IMG/VR virus record: IMGVR_UViG_3300000233_000009
Location: 4,087-68,086 of that record
Length of the DNA: 64,000 nucleotides
Strand: one strand, 5' to 3'
Source of the DNA: a virus
The notes under the pieces were generated by a model. That model saw nothing but the letters and a program-made list of their open reading frames with translations. It searched no databases and had not been told where the DNA came from. Of the stretch, positions 37,494-47,164 are shown piece after piece (the stretch's first letter is position 1; each line of letters opens with the position of its first letter). The position numbers were made by a program, and so were the translations under genes.

Positions 37494-40157
37494 ATGACAA
37501 TTCTATTACTACTTAACCCCCAACCTAGCATAATCCAAGCAGTGCAGTCCAATCTAGCAACGAGGTACCAACTGACGGACATACCAGTATCAACCCGATT
37601 TATAAAAGATTTGCCACGCAACGATGATGGCTACAGCATAGCTCATTTATTAGAACCTTGCATTACCGAATATTATCCACTCAAATCAGTTGCACATCTC
37701 ATTGAGGATATGACCGACATCGACAGCATCGCAGATGTTATTGCATCGGAATATATCACTCCAGTTGTAACTTGGACAGATGACTTAGCAGTTGTATCAC
37801 AATGGCTAACTGGTATCGAAGCCAAGTACGACACAATTGCAGTGGATTTTGAAGCTCGTGATTTATCATTACCCCAGTTTAACCAACTTACTATGGTAAC
37901 TCTTGGATGGAACTTAACCAAGTCTATTGTTATTGTGTTTAGCATACCAGCTATACAAGACTATGTACTTAATTGGTTAGTTACCACCAATTGTCGTCAA
38001 GTGTATCACAATGCCATCTTCGACACACGTTTTATAAATTACCACACAGGCAAATTGCCTAAAGACATCGAGGACTCGCAACTACTAGCGGCAGTCTATC
38101 GTAATCATGTTAATCCTGATAAGCGTAAGTCTGGTCTTAAAGAACTTGCTAAGTATCCGTATCTTGACTGGGCTTCCGACAAATCTTCGTTTGAGTTGTA
38201 TGTTAATTCATCCAACTACACCAATCCTAACTTGCACTACATCGGATCTAATCCGACACCAAGCATGTACAACTTACCACTTATCTATTATTGTGGTGTT
38301 GACAGTATGGCCACGCATTTCGTATGGACTAAATTCGCAACTGAACCTGCACACCCTGATTATTGGATTCCACAAACTAGTGAACCTAGGTACAACACAG
38401 AACAATTCAACCAACGGTACTACTATGATTTTATCCTAAAGCCTGCTATCCCAGTAATTGTGGAAATGTTGAACACAGGTCAAGAAATTGATATTGACAA
38501 AGTTACTAAGTTACTTACAGAAGTTGAAGCATTCAACGAGCAAACTTTAGCAACTATTAATTCATTTTCAATTGTTCAGGACTTTCAATCTGTTGTTGAT
38601 ACAGCTCGTACTACCAAGTTCCTAGAACCAGTGCATAAAGCATGGGCGCATCCTAAGTATGTGGAGTACCAATCTAATCCAGCTATGCGAGCATTTGTTG
38701 TTAATCAACTTATTGGCAGTAGTTATGATACTTTATCAGATCGTGAACTTAAGGCATTAACCGATATACGATTACAGCCGTTAATTACTAAGCAATATGA
38801 TCATCCTGATATCGTATCAGCATGCAATCTATTCGCAGAGCAAAAAGCACATCAGCAGAACATTGACAACAACCGTATAGACAAAGTTACTAATCCAGGC
38901 AAATATATTACTCTAGGATTCAATCCATGGAATTATTCACAACTAACACAGATGTGGTTATATTTTGGGCTTAAGTCTGATGAAGTGTCAAAGACCACTG
39001 GAGAAATGTCATTCTCTGGAAAAGTGCTTGATCGTTTACAGCATACTGCTACAGGAGAAGTACAGCAAGCAATTAAACATTATCTTGAAGTGGCTCAATC
39101 AAAGAATATGATAACTCAATATATACCTAAATACTTCGGTTCAACTGTTGATGGAAGACTATATTATGCACTAAAACTATTCGGCACATTCACAGGACGA
39201 TTGTCAGGCAAAGCTGGGGGGGATAAACTCGATGAATCAATAAAGCATAAGCTTGGGGCTAATGGGGTTACTCAACCAGTTGGACATAGAGTGTATGGCA
39301 AGACAGTTAAGTCTATGTTTGCAGCACCGCCTGGCAGAATTCTTGCAGCAGTTGATTATAACGGCCTAGAGAACCACATTAACGCATGTCTAACAAAGGA
39401 CCCGACCACTATTAAGTTATTGAGCCCCGACATTGATAGCGGACTTATGTGGGATATGCACACGTTACATAGTACTCGTTTCTATAAACCGCAATGGCAT
39501 GAACTTACTAATCAACCATTCGACGATTCTATTCAGTACAATAAACTATGTTATGATTTAACTGATACTGACAAACGTGCTAAGCAATTACGTAACGACA
39601 GTAAACCGTGCACATTCAAACTTGCTTATATGGGGTTCCCAGATTCACATAAAGGCGGTTCAATTACTCAGGAGATATACGATAGCTATCATCAAGAACT
39701 TTATCCTGGAGTTGCACTATTTAGGGACGATTATGTAATTCCCGCTGTAAATAAGCAAAAGTACTTACATCTCAATTGGGGGCTTCGTCTGCATACTGAC
39801 AACCCTAAAGGTGATTTATTGTCTCTGAATAATGCGAACTTTCAAGCATACTCTAATTTAACTATGAATGCTGCTGTACGATTTCGTAAGCAGTATTTAG
39901 CAACTGGAAATCCATATAATATATCTGGGCTTAACATTATTCATGACGCATTGTACTATGAGCTTGACGATACTCCTGAAGCAATCAAATGGCTTAACGA
40001 CCATCTAATTCCTACTATGGTATCAGACTTTTTGATTGATCAAACTGTACATCTCAGAGCAGAATGCGACTTTGGTTATAATCAAGCATATATGGTAACT
40101 CTACCAAACAACGCAGACATTGCAACCATTCAAGCCAAATTGGCAACACTAAATTAA
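37494..40157 (+). CDS. family A DNA polymerase with 3'-5' exonuclease
   Basis: VDFEARD, YHNAIFD, YCGVD; TGRLSG; motif A DYNGLE, motif B RNDSKPCTFKLAY, motif C IHDAL. Confidence 0.93.
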   Translation: MTILLLLNPQPSIIQAVQSNLATRYQLTDIPVSTRFIKDLPRNDDGYSIAHLLEPCITEYYPLKSVAHLIEDMTDIDSIADVIASEYITPVVTWTDDLAVVSQWLTGIEAKYDTIAVDFEARDLSLPQFNQLTMVTLGWNLTKSIVIVFSIPAIQDYVLNWLVTTNCRQVYHNAIFDTRFINYHTGKLPKDIEDSQLLAAVYRNHVNPDKRKSGLKELAKYPYLDWASDKSSFELYVNSSNYTNPNLHYIGSNPTPSMYNLPLIYYCGVDSMATHFVWTKFATEPAHPDYWIPQTSEPRYNTEQFNQRYYYDFILKPAIPVIVEMLNTGQEIDIDKVTKLLTEVEAFNEQTLATINSFSIVQDFQSVVDTARTTKFLEPVHKAWAHPKYVEYQSNPAMRAFVVNQLIGSSYDTLSDRELKALTDIRLQPLITKQYDHPDIVSACNLFAEQKAHQQNIDNNRIDKVTNPGKYITLGFNPWNYSQLTQMWLYFGLKSDEVSKTTGEMSFSGKVLDRLQHTATGEVQQAIKHYLEVAQSKNMITQYIPKYFGSTVDGRLYYALKLFGTFTGRLSGKAGGDKLDESIKHKLGANGVTQPVGHRVYGKTVKSMFAAPPGRILAAVDYNGLENHINACLTKDPTTIKLLSPDIDSGLMWDMHTLHSTRFYKPQWHELTNQPFDDSIQYNKLCYDLTDTDKRAKQLRNDSKPCTFKLAYMGFPDSHKGGSITQEIYDSYHQELYPGVALFRDDYVIPAVNKQKYLHLNWGLRLHTDNPKGDLLSLNNANFQAYSNLTMNAAVRFRKQYLATGNPYNISGLNIIHDALYYELDDTPEAIKWLNDHLIPTMVSDFLIDQTVHLRAECDFGYNQAYMVTLPNNADIATIQAKLATLN

Positions 40158-40171
40158 TACAAGGACATCTA

Positions 40172-40378
40172 ATGAACACAGAAACTGAAACACACTTTAC
40201 GTTTGATGAAGCGTTACGCCTAATGCGCCATGAAACTACAATTATGAGACCAGAAGGGCATACAAACATCGTATATGCAATCATCAATGAAGAGTTGTGT
40301 TGGAAAATGTATAAGGACTGGCATATCGTTACTGCACTGGATAGTGAAACTATTATGGGTACTTGGACAATAAGCTAA
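40172..40378 (+). CDS. hypothetical protein
   Basis: FTFDEALRLM...IMGTWTI. Confidence 0.6.
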   Translation: MNTETETHFTFDEALRLMRHETTIMRPEGHTNIVYAIINEELCWKMYKDWHIVTALDSETIMGTWTIS

Positions 40379-40413
40379 AAATAGTATGGACTACTTAATA
40401 TAAAGGACAAATT

Positions 40414-40614
40414 ATGACAATGACAAATCTTAAAATGCTAGACTTTAAAATAGAGAAACACCTAATGTATGATGATGTAGTGGTACTAAGAACAGGTTCT
40501 TACAGATACACACTAAATCCTACAGAAGTGCTAGGACTGCTAACACAGCTATCAAGACTTACTAATGAATTGTTGGAAGAACTTTGCCAAAAACATATAA
40601 AGGATACATCATGA
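40414..40614 (+). CDS. hypothetical protein
   Basis: 66 aa, AAGGA RBS. Confidence 0.55.
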   Translation: MTMTNLKMLDFKIEKHLMYDDVVVLRTGSYRYTLNPTEVLGLLTQLSRLTNELLEELCQKHIKDTS

Positions 40615-40693
40615 ACTACATAAATTCCCACTACTCAACCTTAATTAGGTATAATGCAATTCTTATGTTACAACAAACCTTAAAGGAACCCCT

Positions 40694-43600
40694 ATGAAAA
40701 TAGAAGATCAAATCCTCAATTCTTTGGACAGCCTCATAGCACAATATAAAGAGGAACTAACATTCTTACAAAATCGCAGTATGGACACATTTGATATGAC
40801 TACGCTACCGCAGATCATCCAAGATATTGCCAAACTAGCAATAGCTAAAACACCTTCATTTAGCAACATATCAGCTGTAGCAGTGGCTAACTTCGTGCTT
40901 AGTCATACATTCGGTCAACTACGCCCTCACATCAACGACCCTATATACTCTGATGATCAAGTAGGCGTTAATACATACAGCACCATTATTAGTCGAAGCG
41001 GGTGTGTGGATGCAGATACCGAATTCTGCACGCCCACGGGATGGAAACGTATTGCGGACTTCTCTGCAAGTGATACAGTATTGTCTTGGGGTCCAGCTGG
41101 ATATAGCGAGTTCGTCACTCCTACCCATTACATCAAACAGCCTGCTAGCATGTTGACCAAGTATTCTAGTAGAGACTTTGATATGGTACTCTCTGATGAC
41201 CATAACATGGCTCTACTGGACACAACAGGCAAGCCTGTTAAGATGCTTGCAGGAGATTTTAAAAAACTGCCTGACAGAACTCATACCATCCCATTCAAAT
41301 TTTACAGTCCTACGAATACAACTGGACTAGATATGACCGACGATGAATTAAGAGTATTTATTGTGTATACTATTGATAACTTAGCAGTAAAAGAAAATAA
41401 TGCGAGAATCAAAATACGAGTAAAAGAACCTTATAAGAAAGAACGTTTACGTCAACTTAGTATTAACCTAACAGGTTCTATTGTTGAGTATACAGTTCCG
41501 TCGAACCCTGATTATAGTATCTTCTACCTACCTCCAATTAAAGGGCTCGATACTAACTCTATTGGCCTGTTATGGAATTTGACCCCTGCACAAACCATAA
41601 TTGCTGCAGATGAGTTATGGAGATGGGGTGGAGCTTTAGATAAAAGAGGGTCTAAAACATTCAGAACCACTAAGAAGGCAGAAGCGGACCTAGTACAATT
41701 TATTTGGCAATCTGCGTATGACACTGCTGTAACCATGAACATTAAAGACGGTCCTGATAATAGACCGCCTCACACAAAATATAAAGTGACCGTAACTAAA
41801 CACAAGTATTTGGACTTTAGAGTAAAGACAGATTCTCTACTAACAGAGTGCCCGACAGTAGATGGGTATCAATACTGCTTCACTATGCCTAACTCTAATT
41901 GGGTGGCTAGACGTGAGGGTAAGATATTTCTTACTCACAATAGTGGTAAAGACTCAACCTATCAAGCTATCACCAAGACAACTCTACCAGCATTGGACTA
42001 TATTAACAACCTAGCTGCAATAGAAGCAGAAGAAGTAGCGCGTGCTAAATATATCAAAGAAGCAGCTAAAACCATAAAGGGCTTTGACGAATCCTCGGTA
42101 TGTAAAGATGATTATGAGGAACACATTAAGAAACCAGAAATTCTAATAACCAGTCTAGGCTCCTCACGGGGAGGGCTAACCACAAGTCTTAATAGAATGG
42201 CACACACAAACTTCCATACTAAATCGCTTTTTGCATCAGAGCTAGGTCTAGCAATCCAATCAAATGCAGGAATCATACCTGTACTTGAACTCTTCTCAAC
42301 TTTGTATGATATGGGGCAATCTGTTGCACCTGAGTTCAAAACAGAAGACGCTAAAGAAGAATCTGTTGAGGGGATGTATCCAAATCTCTTAGGTATATCC
42401 AGCCCAACTCCATTCTATCAAGAAGGAAACGTTCGTAAACTATTTATACCTATGCTTACGACCTCATTAGCACGTCGTATGACTATCGTATTTTCAACAG
42501 CTAAAGAAGAATTTGAAAATATGTATATACCACAATCCCCCGCAGAGAAACGACAATTACAAGCGGAACAACGTGTGCTACTGTCAACTTACACAGACTC
42601 CATAAGCAAACAGCTATTAACCGCTGTGAAGTCATTGAGTCACAATAGTACTATAATGTTCGATGAGGAGTCTTCAGTAATCTATGACGACTACAAAGCG
42701 TATACACAAGAACTCAGCAAATCTTTATTATTGTGTGATAAAGAATCTGTGGAGGGAATAGAGATGTCTGGTCGTGCGTTCAAGATGGGGCGTATTGCTG
42801 CAACTTGGGCTATTGCATCCAACTCCAATGTCATCAGTGCAGATGTGCTAAAAGCAGCTATTTACTTCTGCGACTACACAGCTCAACATTTGATCAAATT
42901 TGTGGCTACACTTAATTTAAAAGACTATGAGCTATTTATCGCTGATTGGGAGCAAGAATTCTTTGGTAACATATTGCCTATTGACAAAGCGATTACTAAA
43001 GGATACATCAACGTGAAGGCAATCACTCAACAATCCTTAAACAACTTCCTCAAACCAGTCAACAGTAAGCTTGAGGGAGTAGCAACAGTAAGCTATGACG
43101 AAGTGACTAATGCATTTGTATTCGTTCCTGTAGTACGTAACTTGGACAACACTTATTCATACCGTGCTTGTCAGGGGCATACCACTACAGCTCAGATCAC
43201 AAACATTGTCACTGGCAAGACCATCGATGCTCTTGGGTCTTTACTGACTGTTGATTCATCATTTAACCCTTTTGTAGAAGACACTGCAAAGTTTATTGTT
43301 CTGCGGGTATCCAATGCATTCTTAACAGCGCAAATGGTAAGTAAATACATAGCAAATATATGCCACTTTATAGCCCCTACAAGCGACGATCATAGCTTTA
43401 CCATACTAATCCCTACCAACATGGTAATCGAGCGTTCACAGTACAAGTATATAGTACTATCAATAGCTCACCAATTGATGCTAAAAATAGCACCAGAACT
43501 ATGTGAATCCACTACGGTTCACCATGGATACGCTGGTATACCATTACTAGCATCCACAGCTGAAGCGCCATTACTCTATGACATAAGTGGTATTATTGGT

Positions 43601-43909
43601 AGTTTCGCAGCAGGGACTCCTGCGCCGTTACTTGCAGTCAAACCTAATGTCAAACCGACTTCAGCAGTAGTAGCTAAGTACCTGCAAACTGACATTATCG
43701 ACAACCAAGCAATTATTGTGGATATGCTAAATGTTTCTAATAATCCTACACTACTCCTAGCAAACATCGTGTATGATATGCGGATTCACGGAGTAGACCA
43801 ACATCGCTGTGTATCTGTCATCAACAGTATCAACAGCGCATTGGATACATCTATGCCTGAATCAACTATACATGGATACTTTATTGAGCCCTTCATAGGA
43901 CTGATATAG
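40694..43909 (+). CDS. N4 gp43-like helicase/primase with intein and degenerate C-terminal primase domain
   Basis: spliced Walker A SRSG|SGKDS, FASELG, LYDMG, LARR; 758 aa after splicing. Confidence 0.8.
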   Translation: MKIEDQILNSLDSLIAQYKEELTFLQNRSMDTFDMTTLPQIIQDIAKLAIAKTPSFSNISAVAVANFVLSHTFGQLRPHINDPIYSDDQVGVNTYSTIISRSGCVDADTEFCTPTGWKRIADFSASDTVLSWGPAGYSEFVTPTHYIKQPASMLTKYSSRDFDMVLSDDHNMALLDTTGKPVKMLAGDFKKLPDRTHTIPFKFYSPTNTTGLDMTDDELRVFIVYTIDNLAVKENNARIKIRVKEPYKKERLRQLSINLTGSIVEYTVPSNPDYSIFYLPPIKGLDTNSIGLLWNLTPAQTIIAADELWRWGGALDKRGSKTFRTTKKAEADLVQFIWQSAYDTAVTMNIKDGPDNRPPHTKYKVTVTKHKYLDFRVKTDSLLTECPTVDGYQYCFTMPNSNWVARREGKIFLTHNSGKDSTYQAITKTTLPALDYINNLAAIEAEEVARAKYIKEAAKTIKGFDESSVCKDDYEEHIKKPEILITSLGSSRGGLTTSLNRMAHTNFHTKSLFASELGLAIQSNAGIIPVLELFSTLYDMGQSVAPEFKTEDAKEESVEGMYPNLLGISSPTPFYQEGNVRKLFIPMLTTSLARRMTIVFSTAKEEFENMYIPQSPAEKRQLQAEQRVLLSTYTDSISKQLLTAVKSLSHNSTIMFDEESSVIYDDYKAYTQELSKSLLLCDKESVEGIEMSGRAFKMGRIAATWAIASNSNVISADVLKAAIYFCDYTAQHLIKFVATLNLKDYELFIADWEQEFFGNILPIDKAITKGYINVKAITQQSLNNFLKPVNSKLEGVATVSYDEVTNAFVFVPVVRNLDNTYSYRACQGHTTTAQITNIVTGKTIDALGSLLTVDSSFNPFVEDTAKFIVLRVSNAFLTAQMVSKYIANICHFIAPTSDDHSFTILIPTNMVIERSQYKYIVLSIAHQLMLKIAPELCESTTVHHGYAGIPLLASTAEAPLLYDISGIIGSFAAGTPAPLLAVKPNVKPTSAVVAKYLQTDIIDNQAIIVDMLNVSNNPTLLLANIVYDMRIHGVDQHRCVSVINSINSALDTSMPESTIHGYFIEPFIGLI
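41003..41941 (+). mobile_element. intein (313 aa) with degenerate LAGLIDADG-like endonuclease region
   Basis: N-terminal CVDADTEF..PTGWKRI, block B LSDDHNM, C-terminal YCFTMPNSNWVARREGKIFLTHN followed by Ser. Confidence 0.92.
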
Positions 43910-44005
43910 TATATGTAATGTGCATTATGCATAAATTATAGGAGAAGCACACTCAAAAACTTGACAACGTTTTTTAAATTTAATGCAATTTCTTTACAAT
44001 TATCC

Positions 44006-44034
44006 TTGACTTTTATGGGAATTTTGGGTATACT
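44006..44034 (+). promoter_or_regulatory. near-consensus sigma70 promoter
   Basis: TTGACT-17 nt-TATACT. Confidence 0.75.
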
Positions 44035-44066
44035 ATTGATAATAGTAGCTACTATTATCAATAGTA
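44031..44066. repeat. perfect 36-bp palindrome
   Basis: TACTATTGATAATAGTAG|CTACTATTATCAATAGTA. Confidence 0.95.
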
Positions 44067-44233
44067 CCAAGTTAACTTAAACAAGTGGATTTTTGTCCAG
44101 ATTCATCCACTTGCTTAAGGGAACTCCTACGAGTTTGAACGAATCTGGACAATTCTTTTTCCTCTTAAAGCACACACCGTCTGAAAGTAATTTCATGTTA
44201 AAACACACAATTATCGAATATAAGGAGGTCATC

Positions 44234-44785
44234 ATGTTAGCACACGTATTTCGTAAGGATGGAGTAAACGTGGTCTACGGTCAATCAGGTATTGGCAAGA
44301 CTATTAGTACCATTAAAGCACTTAACAGCGAAGGATTTACACCAATCCTGCTAGACTTTGATGATAATAACAGCCCTGAACAAAATCAATGTGAGTTTAC
44401 GCACATTAATGGGTGGAGCTTTATGAAGTCCTACAATGACCCTGCTACAGCTGTAATGATGCCAACAAATACAATCATCGTTATTGATACCTGGCATATG
44501 TTCAACCAGTTTTACTCTACCAATCCCACAATCCTACAGGACTTAGCTGAAGGGAATACCATAATTATTATTGGGCATGTACTAGATCTTGCCACTAGAC
44601 AGGATATTCCTGACATCCCAACCGAATTTGTAAATCACTGCGATGCAAAGCTATTTTTGTCTTATGACAATGGAAGTAGTGTTAAAGGCAGAGAACGTCC
44701 TGCTGGGACTGTACTGGAAGTCAAAAAGCTACGGGGATACTCTGGACCTAAACATATTACTAACTGGGCAAGAGAACCAAAATGA
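44234..44785 (+). CDS. P-loop (RecA/AAA_24-like) ATPase
   Basis: YGQSGIGKT, LLDFD, IVIDT; start revised to 44234 after AAGGAGG. Confidence 0.75.
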   Translation: MLAHVFRKDGVNVVYGQSGIGKTISTIKALNSEGFTPILLDFDDNNSPEQNQCEFTHINGWSFMKSYNDPATAVMMPTNTIIVIDTWHMFNQFYSTNPTILQDLAEGNTIIIIGHVLDLATRQDIPDIPTEFVNHCDAKLFLSYDNGSSVKGRERPAGTVLEVKKLRGYSGPKHITNWAREPK

Positions 44786-45603
44786 GCCCCCCCCCTAATT
44801 TAACTTCAGGAGCTATTAAAATGCAAGTAACATTATCCACTCGTGCTATGCATAATCTTAGCAAAGCCGAACGAAGGAATATAAAATACTACACACGTTT
44901 CTTACAGTGTAGCTTTAAGTCTCTAACGAGTCTACTTATTAAAGACTATATGTATTCACCATTTAATTATATCGGATACACACAAAACACAAGTAATATA
45001 TGTAGTGAAGCAAACTTTGTCGTGATTGATGTAGACCATACTAACATCCCGATCAACTTACGCATTGAGCAATTAAAAGCTGAAGGACTACAATGCATTC
45101 TAGGAACTACAAGCAACGCAACAGATTGGTACAAGTATCGTGTATTGATTCCACTTGATCGACCTGTATCGCCTACTGAGTATCGTTACTTAGTACATGG
45201 CATACGTGTAAATGGGCTTATCCCAGACATGGATACAGCATCAGCTAAACCTGCACAAAAGTTCTATTCCTATGCTAACTCGACTGTACTACATTCCTTC
45301 ACTGGATCACCACTGATTGTAGATGACTACATACTAGAACCAACACAGATAGAGTGTAAAGCCATAACTACGTCAGATGACATCACTTATCTACTCCCTG
45401 AATTCAATAGGTATCAATATGCAGTTAAAGGGAAACGCACTCGTAGTTTAATATCAGCGGGCTATCGTTGCTTACAACTAGGTATGACAGACACACAGGT
45501 GGAGCAAGTTATAACTTATGTCAATAATTTGTTCTTAATCCCTAAGCCACACAATGAACTTAAACGTCGTGTGTTGACTTTTTTAAAAACACAAAGGAAC
45601 TAA
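44782..45603 (+). CDS. AEP-type primase with PriCT-like C-terminus
   Basis: FVVIDVD, GTTS, KYRVLIPL; helical C-terminal domain; alternative start 44821. Confidence 0.78.
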   Translation: MSPPPNLTSGAIKMQVTLSTRAMHNLSKAERRNIKYYTRFLQCSFKSLTSLLIKDYMYSPFNYIGYTQNTSNICSEANFVVIDVDHTNIPINLRIEQLKAEGLQCILGTTSNATDWYKYRVLIPLDRPVSPTEYRYLVHGIRVNGLIPDMDTASAKPAQKFYSYANSTVLHSFTGSPLIVDDYILEPTQIECKAITTSDDITYLLPEFNRYQYAVKGKRTRSLISAGYRCLQLGMTDTQVEQVITYVNNLFLIPKPHNELKRRVLTFLKTQRN

Positions 45604-45604
45604 C

Positions 45605-46447
45605 ATGAACTTAGAAGATTTACCGTTAGCTGAAAAAGCTAGACTAACTAGCCAATTCCCAGTACTACTTGTAGGCGCTAATTCTGCAGGAAAGAGCTAC
45701 GCATTAGAGAACATGAGCGCAGAAGATAAGAAGCGTACCATAGTACTTAACTTCGACACAAAACCAGTAGGACTATCACCAAATGACTTCGCTGCAGTAT
45801 TTGCAGTATCATCCAGTATGAGCAAAATCAAAGAACAGATGTCGTTGTTGCCTAAAGAAGCAACAGAGTATCGTGCGCACTTTGAACGTATCCTAGCAAC
45901 ATCATACTTCATAGACGACCCTGATGCTATTGACAAGATCGTAGAGCATATACTCAAAGCCACATTCAGTCCTAAAATTGATCGTGTTGTTTTAGACACT
46001 TTTACGTCTATGATCGACTTCTGTGAAGCATGGGCAAACTCTAACTTTTCAGGCAGAGACATATGGAGCAAATATGGATTTGGGGTACAGAAGATTCAAC
46101 AAGCTCTGAAGGAAGCAACTATATTTGGATTCAAATTCACTTATGTATTTGCTCATCATGACTATATTCCTCCGCATTTGTACGCAACCGCACCTAAGCA
46201 AGCCTTAGCTGTTAAAGGAGGCATCATGAAGAATAACGTGGAGACTGCGTATAACACCATCATCTTTAGCTACCTTGCTGATGAGGGTAAGCGTATGTTC
46301 CAATGCGATTCTAATAATACTATGGACACCAGCCGTACTAAGTTGCTTGAGTCTTCGTTCAAATTTGAACGGACATCTCTTGATGACATTGAGCAACTCC
46401 TCAATCGTCGTAAAAAAATCGTGGACGAACAGTTAGTGGAGCTGTAG
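45605..46447 (+). CDS. N4 gp44-like AAA (Sak4-like) ATPase
   Basis: VGANSAGKS, VVLDTFT, WSKYG, VKGGIMKNNVE. Confidence 0.82.
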   Translation: MNLEDLPLAEKARLTSQFPVLLVGANSAGKSYALENMSAEDKKRTIVLNFDTKPVGLSPNDFAAVFAVSSSMSKIKEQMSLLPKEATEYRAHFERILATSYFIDDPDAIDKIVEHILKATFSPKIDRVVLDTFTSMIDFCEAWANSNFSGRDIWSKYGFGVQKIQQALKEATIFGFKFTYVFAHHDYIPPHLYATAPKQALAVKGGIMKNNVETAYNTIIFSYLADEGKRMFQCDSNNTMDTSRTKLLESSFKFERTSLDDIEQLLNRRKKIVDEQLVEL

Positions 46448-46448
46448 C

Positions 46449-47072
46449 ATGTCGGCTAAGAAAATAATACTCCATCTATGCGCCGATCTAGGAAGTGACA
46501 GTAAATACTATCAACAAGATCCGAGCTATGAGGTTATTATGATAGGAGAGTCAGTTGGAGTTGAAAATTACACTCCTCCCCAAAATGTTCACGGAATAAT
46601 AGCAAACCCTGTGTGTACAGAATTTTCTACCGCAAAATGCTTCACTCATGTAGGAGATTTAGAAAAAGGAATGTTTCTTGTTAACCATTGTTTACGTATT
46701 ATAGAAGAGGCAAGACCTAAATGGTGGGTACTAGAAAATCCTGCCAAAGGAAGACTAAAAGAAAAGTTAGGTATGTATAAACACGCCTATCAACCTTGGC
46801 ATTACGGCAGTCCATGGACTAAATATACAGGACTATGGGGTAATTTTATAATGCCAGCAAAACTATACACCAAATGGAAAGATGTGCCTAAGATACCGTC
46901 TTTATATAGTAGACCAGGAAGAGAAAAACCAGGACTTGTGTATTTCCACAAATCAGCTGTAACACTAATTCCAGAAATGCAGTGGGCAAAGGATCGTATT
47001 AAGTGTGATGCTGATATACGCTCTATGTGTAGTGATGGATTTGCTAGGGAATTTTACAAAGCAAACCATTAA
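46449..47072 (+). CDS. short DNA cytosine methyltransferase-like protein
   Basis: ILHLCADLGS, ANPVCTEFS, WVLENP, PWTKYTGLWG. Confidence 0.78.
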   Translation: MSAKKIILHLCADLGSDSKYYQQDPSYEVIMIGESVGVENYTPPQNVHGIIANPVCTEFSTAKCFTHVGDLEKGMFLVNHCLRIIEEARPKWWVLENPAKGRLKEKLGMYKHAYQPWHYGSPWTKYTGLWGNFIMPAKLYTKWKDVPKIPSLYSRPGREKPGLVYFHKSAVTLIPEMQWAKDRIKCDADIRSMCSDGFAREFYKANH

Positions 47073-47164
47073 TTTCACTATGACCAGTCCCATATGTCAC
47101 TAAACTAGGGTTTTATTAGGTGCTATTAATAGCCAATCAATTTTATTAAAATAAGGAAGTTAAA

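Noticed and set aside
44093-44233. N-terminal extension of the ATPase given in the ORF track
   Set aside because: Overlaps the structured leader, and a strong AAGGAGG precedes ATG 44234
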